Below, piece by piece: positions 54,101 to 64,000 of a DNA stretch of 64,000 bases. A model generated the notes under the pieces. The model had not been told where the DNA came from. It saw only the letters and a list, made by a program, of their open reading frames with translations, and made no database searches. Position 1 is the first letter of the stretch. Every line of letters begins with the position of its first letter. Location: NCBI GenBank assembly GCA_039621445.1, contig CP154954.1, positions 48,153,847 to 48,217,846 on the forward strand. Direction: 5' to 3'. The stretch is from Euglena gracilis (taxonomy: Eukaryota). The translations under genes were made by a program, and so were the position numbers.

Positions 54101-57100
54101 TGAAAATGATGATTTTGGTGGTTGAATTCCGACGCAGGTGTCATTAATTTTGAAATGAAAAAAATCCGACTTGCAAATTTTTTTGCAAAATTTTCCAAAA
54201 TGACAATTCAGTGGGTGCTACCTTTGGTAATAACCTTCCAGCATGAAAAATCAGCCAGCACGGGCCGAAAAGACAACTTCTTTGGCGGAAACTGAAAAGT
54301 GGGAACCTCACAACCTCGCTGGAGTATCAAACGCAGGTTGAACACGCAAAAGCAGAAAGGGGGCCTGGCTGAGACACTCGACGCTGAGAGCCCTGCAACG
54401 ATGTGAAAACAATGCGCGGTGGTGGGCAGTCTGATGGTGACACACAGAACCAAACCCTATCAAATCCTGTGGCACGCCTCTGTGACGGGAGGACTCACTC
54501 AGGGCGTCAACGGGGTTCGTTTCATTTCGCAGTGGCAGCCAGCCTAAGAAGCCGAATGGGCCAGACCTCGCCCTCTCCCTCCGCCTCCTCCTCCTCCGTG
54601 ATCTCCTGCTCCGAGGGGGACTTCGCCGCCAGCGGCTCCTCCGCCCCCTCCTTGGCCCGGCCCGGCTGGGGGCCGGCCGGGGCCTCGCTGGGGCGGGGCG
54701 GGTTGCGGCCGGAGTTGGGGGAGGGCTGGGCGGGGCTGGGGCGGGCCGGTCCGCCGGGGTGGTTGGGGTTTGGGGCGGCGGCGGGCCACCGGCCAGAGCC
54801 GGCGGGTGTCGGGGCAGAGGCTTTTCAGATGATTGTGGCTGTGGCTGTGCATGCATGTGCGTGTGCGTGTGCGTGTGGCTGTGCGTGTGCGTGTGCGTGT
54901 GCGTGTGCGTGTGCGTGTGCGTGTGCGTGTGCGTGTGCGTGTGCGTGTGTGTGTGCGTGTGAGTGCGTGCCAGTGCGTGTGCGAGCATGCGTGCGTGTGC
55001 GTGTGCACGCATGCGTTCGCGCGTGCGTACGTGCATGCGCACGTTCATGTGCTGTGTGCTGAGGCTGTGCATGTTTGAGTTTGGTTGCGCGCACAAATGG
55101 TGGGTGGTGTGGACAGCACCCATTTGTATGAACTCGCCTGTCGGGAATATGCGATGCTGGAGCCGGCATGGAGCCGCGTGAATAGCGTGCTCCCCTCCAC
55201 CCCCATCACCTTGGCAAGCCCCTGGCCATCGGCTGCGCGGGGTACGGGCTGGGGCCGGGTGCCGCCCGGGAGGGAGACATCGGTCCGAAGCCCTGGCCGC
55301 GCAGCTGGCACGTGTGGCGCAGCAGCACCAGCCGCTGCTTCAGGATGTCCGCCCGCTGCAGCAGCAGCCGGCGCTGCACCCGCACCACCTCCCTGCCCGC
55401 GCCCCTCTCTCACGCAACAGGAGCATGGGGGGAGGTGGGACCGCCACGTGGGACAACGCACAAAGTGGTAGTCTTAAACTGACATGTGGTTCAGGTCGCC
55501 CACTGGGTTAGACTTGGATTAGGCACCAAATGTCATAATATTCGGTGGCACCAGTAGTGCACCACTTCCAATCTTCCAAAAACCAATCATTCACCTTTTT
55601 GAAAACCAGTCAGTCACTATGGGGGGGGTCGGCCACTCTGGAGCTCAAGAAGAAACCGTGAAAAAAAAGGAGAAAGAATATTCCGACACCTTCGGCGTTG
55701 GCTGGTTCTTTGCTGACCCCCCTCCCTGGGAGGAGGGGTCCGAGCCAAAAACCAATTGGTCACTCTGAAAAAAAAACAAGCCCCCCCCCCCCAAGGGGTC
55801 CAAGGGTCAGGGGTGGGGGTCAGGAGTGACCAAGCGATTGTATGGCTGGGATATGTACTTCCATTGCTGAACTGCCTGGCCATTGAAGAACCAACAGGGC
55901 TCTGAAATATCGGCCGGTGTAATGCACTGACCATCACCAACATACCTGATGGTGGTGATGGTCAACGCTGCCTTGTTGCCTGGCGGGCTGGAGAGGGCCG
56001 CGGAGCACCGTACTGGACCCAGAGGTCAGTGGGCCCGAGGGGGTCCAGGTGCAGGCAGGGCAGCCCTGGAGCAAAAAAAAAAAGTCCTTGCTTGTTTACA
56101 CCATCGCCCATCCACCCAAAGTGGCAAAAAAATCATTTTTCAGAATTATTTAAAAATATATATAGTATTATATATAGTATTACATAAAAGTATTATGAAA
56201 AAATACTAAAAAATTATATAGTTTTTTTAGTATTTTCGACTTTTAATTCTCAACCCAGTTCGATCCCCGGAAAGGCCATTGGTGGTCCCTTGGGTCTCAG
56301 GGAGGTTCGCAACAAAAGCAAAAAAAGAATCCCGTCCTTATGGACCACCCTGGGGGCAGGATGATGCCGTCCATCGTCTGCAGCAACGCCTGGATCTCCG
56401 GCAGGCACTCCGGCGCCAGGCCGCCCTGCAACTGGTTGACCCGCGCCTCGATGGCCGCCAGGTCCGCCGCCAGCAGCTCCAGCTGCCCCAGCTGCGCGTC
56501 CCCCGCCGGCGGCGGCTGCGGCACGGCGGGGGGGGGCGGTGGAGACGGTGGGGGACGCCTGGCCAGGCCTCGGGAGGGGGGGGGGGCTCCCCCCCCTCCT
56601 TCCCCCTCTCGAGACTCGGGCGGAAATCCCGGGGAGGTGGCGCAACAAGGAGCCCCAACACTGCTATCGGGCACAGATGGCATTGGTGACGGACAATATT
56701 GGGTGAAACCTTTTAAATAGTCCGGAAACAAAAACCACCCTGGCATTCTCGGGCTGCCCAAGGCGACCTCGGCAAGGTTCACAAAATGGGTTGGGAGCAT
56801 GGCGTTGGCAGAGGAATAGCATGGCCAGGTTTTATCCGAATTTGGGGGTAGCCACCTTTACCCAAGGCTGGAGGGGGGGATTGGTCTCCTCATCCCCCCC
56901 AATACACACAGACAAAGGCGTGCAACGGCACTGGTACGTTCCTGCTGTCTGGCAGTCGTGGCTGTTCTCAAACTGCAAGGCTGGAACCCCCGCTGCCCAG
57001 CAACCCTTCCGGCACAGCCCACACACACCTGAGCCGGCTGGCGCTGCGGCATCGCCCCCGTCGGGTAGCCGGGCAGCGGCTCCGCGGGCAGCGCGGCGCG

Positions 57101-60100
57101 GGCCAGCGAGCCACTGCCGCCCCGGGCCAGGGTGGGCGTGCCGCCGCTGTAGTCCCACTGCCACGGCGGCCGCAGGGCGTCGGGCGGGGGCCACCCACGC
57201 GGGCCGGCCCTTCTTGCGCGTTGGGTCGGCAGGACGACTGGGCGGCCCAACAAAGCCGGGGGGTCATATATGGGGTCATTGGCTACCAGCGGCTTGATGC
57301 CAACACAAGAGGGGGGGGGGGCACAGGACAGGCAGACCCAACCCGCACCCCGCTGTGCTGTGCTGTTGGTGGGGGGGAGGCAATGGGGGTCCCGAGCCTC
57401 CGCGCGCCGCCCTGGCCGCAGCGGCGGAGTCGTACCGGCCGTCGTGGAACCGGTGGGGGGCTGGGGCCGACCCAAAGCCGGCCCCGACGCCGTGCTGCGG
57501 GGCAGGGAGGGGGAGGCGGAACGAACGTGCCAGGCCAGGGAACGGGGGACCGCACACAGCGGCGAACTGCTGCGGACCTCCCTGCCCGACTGGAAAAAAA
57601 AATACACCCCTGGAGCCTCCAAGAGCTGCTGAAGCTTGTGGTGAGTCTGGTTGAGACATGGCAAAAAAAAGCCTGCCAAAAAAGCCAGAAACCTCAGCTG
57701 TGGCCGCAAAGCAGCGATAACGCGCAGAATCGCAGCGGTCCAGACTTTCGCATCTGAACGCTTGTGGAAGGGCCACCTGGGGGAACTTGGTCCCTGAGAA
57801 GCTGCGGTGCAGCGGGAAGTCGGATCTGGGGGACTGGTCCACATCAGGGTTCGATGTACTCCCTCTTCAGTCCAGGAGGGGGGGGGGACACCGCCACTCC
57901 AAAGCAGTGGCGCGGTGGCGAAACTTTTTTGCCTCCCAAAATCGAAAGATGGCATCGAAAATGCCATCTTGGGCACCTTTTGGGCAAAAATTTGTCCGAA
58001 AAGCCAAAAAAATTGGCGGGAGGTGCCGAAAGGAATAATTGACCTTTTGGGGGGGGGGTCCCAGGTAACCCCCCCAAATAATACCCCCCGGGTATTTTTT
58101 TAGCCCGAAGTTCCGGCCCGAGGGGGGGGGTATAATTTGGGGGGGGGGTAATAGCACCCCAAAATTTTCGAAGATTTTCGAAGTCCCGTAGGAGCCAAAA
58201 TAGCGCCTTTTGACCCCCTTTGGAGTCATTTTTTGTGCTTTCTTATGAAATTTACCATTCTTTGGAGGTCAGATGATGCAGAAAAATCGATAGATTTTTT
58301 CTGTAATTTGTTGTCAGGTCAAAATCTGGGCCTTCGGCTCCAGATTTGGGAGGGGGTATTAACCCGGCCCGGTCGCCGAAGTCGGACCCCGAGGGGGGGG
58401 ATTATTTGGAGGGGGGTGCTATTTGGGGGGGGGGTATTATTTGGGGGGAGGGTTTACCCCAGAAGTCGGTCCGGACTCCCCTGGCAGGGGAGGGGGGGGG
58501 ACCGAACCCCCCTTCTGGTTCAGGGGGGGGGGACACCCCCCCCCTGTGCCCCGAACACCCTCCTTATGTCGAACCCTGGCCCACATCCGGTGGGTAGTGC
58601 GGCCCCCGCAGACGGTCCCCGGGCCACCACTCCCCGCTGGCGGGTCGGTACTCGGCCCCAATGGCCCTCTCGGACGGAATGCAGAGGGGGACGGAATGCA
58701 AGGAAGGGCGGAGACCAATCGCCCGAGACATGCTGAACACTTTCCAAATGCGATTGCAGAAGTAAATGTTCTTTCGGTGGGTACTCAACCCGTGGCCTCA
58801 AAGCCTCTGTTGCCCCATAAAGTGTCCAACTGACCATCTTTTGAAGGGTGGGTGGGTGATTCCTTGGAGCGATTGCCGACCGAATGCATGCCCAACTCGT
58901 AAATAGATGGCACTGGCTGATGGCAAACCCTGTCAAGGCTGGCTGTGCAGGAAATGAAATGAAGGAAATGAAGGGGTGTGAAAACTGTTTACATTGAGTG
59001 TTTTAAATGCACATAAATGTTCAACGCCATCTAGCGCTGTCGTCGAATGTCGAAAATTCATATTTGTGCGGTGTCTGCAGAGAAGGCCGGATGATGAACA
59101 TGAAACAACCCCCGAGAAGCACCGTCTTTGCTTTGTGAAAACACACACCACCATTGGGAGGGTCCATAAAGAGCCACTCCGTCCGCTACTTTTCTGTGTT
59201 TCGCGCGGGAGGGCTCGCCCGCAGTGGCGAGGGGGCATTGGCCGTGGACCATCGGCCGCGCGCCATACTCCTCCGGCGACGGGTACGCGGTCGGAAATTG
59301 CCGGCCGGCGTCCGGATCTGTGACGGAAACCCACCGCACTGCAAGGGGGCACAACGGGGCCTGGCTCCTCTCGTCTCTGGGCACTCTTCCCGCTCCACCG
59401 CCACACGGCAGACAGCGTGGGGCACACACACACCGCTGGCGGACCGGCCGGCGGGGCGGGCGGGCTGGCGGCGGCTGCCGAGGCCCCCCGCCGGGGCGCC
59501 GGGGGGCTCGCCGAGGCCCTCGCGCAGCCTCAGGATGGCGGCGTAGAGGTCCTTGCGGTGCTGCAGAGCGGTGACCCCGAGGGCGCAGCGGATGTCGGTC
59601 GGCGTGAGGCGGAGCAGGTCCCGGCCGGTGACGCCTGCGGTATGGGCGACCTGAGCCGTGGTCTGCTCCCACCCTTCTACCCGCTGCCGGGCGTTGGGGT
59701 TGGGGGGGGGGTCGGAGTCCCCCTTCCCACACACCATGTCAGGCCCCATAAGATCATCCATTCTTGAGCACCCACACCCCAACCTTGCTAACCCCTCCCC
59801 CCAAAAACTTGACTATTTTCGCCCCCACCTTTTTTCAACTTTGGACACACCAGGTGTGACACATTTGGGCGGCGGAAGTCAATGAGGTTCAGATGAAGCT
59901 GTTTTGATTTCCGCAGATAAAAAAACGTGGGTATGCAGAAACCATTGGGAAAATGGGTGCCCCAACCCCATTAGCAGAGGAAGCCAAAAACCAGGTCCAG
60001 AAACCTGGCATGCCGCCGGGTCCTGTCGGGAGATTTCATGCAGGCAACCTTTGCCCAAATGACTCCGCTTCCTGGTGGGTCCAGGGGCCAAAACGTCGTT

Positions 60101-60396
60101 GAACGAACCCCCTCGAAACGGCCCCTCGGAGGTGGTACTAGTGGTACAAGACCTGGAAGCCTGGGTGGTAAACAAACACAGCTTGATGACCTGCCGGGTG
60201 ACCTGCCGGCTGCAGACCACAAAAGGCTTCCTCATTGAGCCCCATCCCGGGGGGTTCCCCTCCGGTTTGGGCAGACACGCTTGGCGTGGTCCAGTGGGGG
60301 GAGCACGCCTTGGGCCTGGAACTGGGGGGCGTAGTCCGCAAAGCCCTGGCGGGCGAGCCAGTCGCACACGTCGCTGCAGCTCCACGTGTCCACCAT
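51192..60396 (-). CDS. Protein with N-terminal SAM domain, low-complexity linker and three BAG-like helical repeats
   Basis: The exons starting at 60396 and ~59635 give MVDTWSCSDVCDWLARQGFADYAPQFQAQ|GVTGRDLLRLTPTDIRCALGVTALQHRKDLYAAI (SAM pattern). Repeats: QLELLAADLAAIEARV...LLQTMDGI...VRVQRRLLLQRADIL (~56510-55310); IETLLTLGQELAGYE...LATLFGK|VERLLLHSIDAV...ARAERRQLVQRAEALL (~54000-53550); ILQRIDDLKAEVDDLE...IAQLFGAVERLLLQRIDAV...AKAARRGLVRRCNTLLDRL...* (stop 51192). The BAG assignment rests on motif resemblance. Confidence 0.78.
51363..52142 (-). other. Nonconventional intron containing a nested MITE
   Basis: ggc-CAGGCTCC ... GGGGCCTG-ccccc; removal gives H-K-D-E-I-A-Q-L-F-G, which aligns with the preceding repeat (S-R-D-D-L-A-T-L-F-G). 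Confidence 0.6.
51402..51519. mobile_element. hAT-like MITE, family CAGGCTGT
   Basis: CAGGCTGTTTTT ... AAAATACAGCCTG; TSD GAGGGGGG/GAGGGGGT. Confidence 0.85.
58064..58460. mobile_element. MITE with CCCCCCAAATAATACCCC terminal repeats
   Basis: Inverted CCCCCCAAATAATACCCC / GGGGTATTATTTGGGGGG; a short related copy is at ~19686-19785. Confidence 0.6.
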
Positions 60397-62813
60397 GGGT
60401 GTGAGAGAGACAGGCTGGGGAATGGGGGTTGCAACGCGATGGCGGGGGCGGGGGAGTGGGGGACAAAGGCTGATGCAGGGTCCCCGAAAATGGCCAAAAT
60501 CGCGAAATGTGCCAAAAACAGCACCTTTTCAAAAAAAATTTGGCGCCTTCGGCGCCGAAAAGGGGACCCCTGGGGGGGGGGGGGTCACCCCCCCCCCCAC
60601 CGGGCACGACTAAAATAACCCCTGGGCTGACGGCACCGGTCGCAGATGCGGAAGAAAAGCCGCTTGCAGTGCGTCCCACCCGTCATTTCAATTTCCACAA
60701 AAATAAAAATGAGGGTAATTTTTTCGGGGTGAAAAGGCTGCGCACAAAATCTTCAAATCCTGTGCACACATTTCGAAAAACTTCATTTTACTCCTTGCCT
60801 TTATTTGGAAAAGCTTGAAGGACGTTGGATGCACACCCCACCCCACCACCAACCAATGCAACCCACCCACAGCTTGTTCCATCTGTCGCCCCCCCCCCCA
60901 AACAAAAGTGAGCTGATCAACCACCTGCCAGAATGGCACAAATGGGCAAACGAGACGCAATCCTCAAGCCCAAAGGATCAGCCGGTGCGGTACACAAGGC
61001 ATCCGAACATGGAAAGCAGGTGACTGGGGGGGGGGGTGGACTGGTTTGTTGGGAGGGGGCATAGAGGTGTAGGTAGACTTAGGCGGCGCTAATTGCCCAA
61101 CCAATTGTTGCGTTTTTTTTGACGTTTGTTGAGTGTTTTAAAAACCCGCCAAAGAGGGCACAAAATTTTTGGTTAAGAGGGGTGTGTGGCAGCTTTGGGC
61201 CAAAATTTTATGTAAATGGTATTGCGCGGTGTTCCGCTTAAACAATTTACAATTGTGGGTGAATTGTGTGAGTTGGGGGTATGTTAGAAGTGCTTGAAAT
61301 GGGTTGAAAAACACTGACTTTGAATGGGTGTGACATGGGCTGTGTTTTCATGGTTTGTGTTAATAACAGTATTTGAGAAACAAATGAATATTTGAAGTGT
61401 ACGCGGATAACCACGTAAAACAAAACAAGAGGTGACAGACAACAGAATTAAATGTTTAGGCGGATATCCGCGTAGAATAAAACTTGTACGCGGATTACCG
61501 CCTAAAAGTGAAAACAAAGCATGGTACACGGATTACCGCCTACCATAATAGTTGATGACTTGTAGGAGGGAATCCGCCTTCTGTGTGTAACTATGTGATG
61601 AGTGTATGGCGACTTGGTGTAGGCGGGAATCCGTCTGGAGTGAATGAGAAACAATGGTGGTATCCTAATAGTGTTGCCCCACCCCTCCCCTGTGTTGATC
61701 CCGGCATTGGCCAGACGTCCACGCCTGCTGGGGTCTCTGGAATGGGGGACAGTAACACCAGAACCAATGGTAGCTGGAGAACTCTCTGACGGCGTGCCAC
61801 CCGATGATATCCTGCCCTCGCCAACGCTCTTGGATAAAAAATGGTGCCTGTCTAAAAACAGCCCAAAAACAAAAAAAAGCAGAATTAACTAATTTATGGA
61901 ACTCCGCAGTCGTAGCATCCGGTATGAGCCAAAACCCACAAAAGCTTTCCACCACCAACGATTCTGTTTAGGCGGTTAACCGCCTAACCATCGCCACCCA
62001 TCAATTTAAAAACACCGATGGAAGCCAAATGCATCGGGTCAAACGTCGACCCAGTGTTGGTTGAGAACGACCAAGCACCTCTGGTCAGCCATGCCCTTGG
62101 GCCCAGCATCGCGCAGCATCGCCCAGCATCGCCCAGCATCGCCTTTGGAGCCCTTGAAGGTGTACCTATAATGCCTGTTGCTTTTGCCGCTCTAGCCCAC
62201 TTTTGGTTACTTTTGGCCATCTTTGGTTGCTTTTTGACCACTTTGACCACTTTTGACTGCTTTTTGCCCACATTGACCACTTTTGACTGCTTTTTGACCA
62301 CTGTTGCCCACATTTGCTGCCTTTTGACCAATTTTGACTGCTTCTTGACCACTTTTGCTGCTTTTTGCCCACCTTTGCCCATTTCCAACCACCTTTGCAG
62401 CTTTTTTGATCACTTTTGATGCTTTTTGACCACTTTGGGCCCCTTTTGCCTGCTTTTTGACCACTTTTGACAACTTTTGTTGCTTTTCAACCACTTTTGC
62501 CCACGTTTGCTACTTTTTGCCCACTTTTGGCCATTGTTGCTGCTTTTTGATCACTTTCACTTTTTTTTTACCCACTTTTGCTGCTTTTGACCACTTTTGC
62601 CCACTTTTTTACCACTTTTGCAGCTTTCTGGCCACTTTTACCCCACTTTTGCCTGCTTTTTGACCACTTTTTGACCACTTTTGCTGCTTTTGCCGGAGGA
62701 TGTGGTGCAGGCCTGTGAGATGGCAACATCGAGTGCAAGTTGCAAGCCTCTTGCCGGTCAGACAAACAAAATCCAAAACAGTTGTTGTGCTGGAGGGTGG
62801 AGGGTGGCACCCC

Positions 62814-63040
62814 ATCTTGTCCATCTGCATCTTGTCCAGTATCTGCATCTTGTCCAGTATCTGCATCTTGTCCATCAACTGCATCTTGTCCACCATCTGC
62901 ATGTTGTCCAGTGTCTGCATCCAGTTCATCTTGTCCAGCATCGGCATCTTGTCCAGTATCTGCATCTTCTCCGGCATCTGCATCTTGTCCAGCATCGGCA
63001 TCTTGTCCAGCATCTGCGCCTTGTCCATTATCTGTCCAGT
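62814..63040. repeat. 18-bp tandem repeat (TGCATCTTGTCCAGTATC-like)
   Basis: About 12 degenerate units; one minus-strand frame reads (DAGQDA)n. Confidence 0.85.
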
Positions 63041-64000
63041 ATTCATCCGTTGGCTGCTGACCAAGCCAAAATAACCACAAAAGCCCAAAAAATGGCCACA
63101 AAAAGCCCAAAATTGACCGCAAAAGGCCCCAAAAAGCAACCAAAATAACCAAAAATTGCCCAAAAACGCCAACAATGTCCACAAAAGATTGTGAAAAATG
63201 ACCCAAAATCACCGCAAAAAGGCGCAAAATGGCCAAAAATGCCATAAAATCTGCTCAAAAAGGCCCCAATTAGCCCAATATTTGCCAAAGCAGCGATAAA
63301 TAGCCCCCCAAATTTGCAAAAAATTGACCCATTATGGCCAAAAAGGGTGTAAAACTGGAGCTTTGTGGGAAAATTGACCAAAAATAGTTCAATTCTCCAA
63401 AATATACAAAAAAAATGCTAGCATCCCCCAGCATCGCCTAGCATCGCCCAGCATCGGAACCCCACCTCTGGTCTCCAAAAATCCAGCATCGCCCAGCATC
63501 GCCCAGCATCATCAGAGGTGCTTGAGAACGACCGCCTTCTGGTTTATCCCCCTTCCACACTGCTTCTGACTGTGCATACCACCGTTGCCTCCTCCGGAGG
63601 CATGTTGAAGATGAAGAAGAGCCAGAAAAAAAAGAGGTGGTTTGGGCATTTTGTCTGAAATTCAGCAAAAACGGCAGCTTTTCAAAGAAAAAATGCTGTA
63701 AGACTCCTTTAAAAAAAACAATTAAAAAGGCCTTGAATTTTTCAGAACTTGGAGGACTCCTTCCGAAAACCCCCCAAAATTTTTCGATTGCTGCCACCGA
63801 CTGCTGAAACAGGCGTCTCTCCGTCCATATCTTGAATCACTTCTTCGTCAGCCTTCCCCGAACCCTGATTTTAGGCCACCAAAACCGTTGGGTTCCAGGA
63901 GGAGGGCTCTGGGAGGTGCTTTTGTTTCTCCTGAGAAATCAACCTCAGGTTTTTTGGCTGTTTTTCGGGACAAAATATCACCTTTACCGCAGCTCACCCG

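Noticed and set aside
62568-63245. ORF with (DAGQDA)n repeats as a protein-coding gene
   Set aside because: Several frames are open because of the 18-bp tandem repeat. The flanks are minisatellite, and I see no splice context or domain. Coding cannot be fully excluded.

Overview
This is eukaryotic nuclear DNA, not prokaryotic, and most of the ORF track is noise. Small GC-rich exons sit among microsatellites and short inverted-repeat elements. GT-AG introns, non-GT-AG stem-forming introns (N3-CAG...CTG-N5), bipartite plastid-type presequences and TTAGGG repeats together point to a photosynthetic euglenid (Euglena-like); this is an inference. Manual splicing gives the 3' end of a coiled-coil gene (+), an orphan LOG-family exon (-), and five co-oriented minus-strand genes: TLDc/OXR, GST-like, METTL25-like methyltransferase, NudC/NUDT12-like NADH pyrophosphatase ending in -CKL, and a SAM + three BAG-like repeat protein. 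The main observation concerns many MITEs with CA(G)...CTG terminal inverted repeats (TIRs) and 8-bp target-site duplications (TSDs), which is hAT-like. The nonconventional introns appear to be cut 3 nt outside one TIR and 5 nt outside the other. Since 3+5=8, splicing removes the element plus exactly one TSD copy. Two introns still keep long TIRs and 7/8 TSDs. All splice junctions are inferred from reading frame and base pairing, without transcript data; coordinates marked ~ are approximate.
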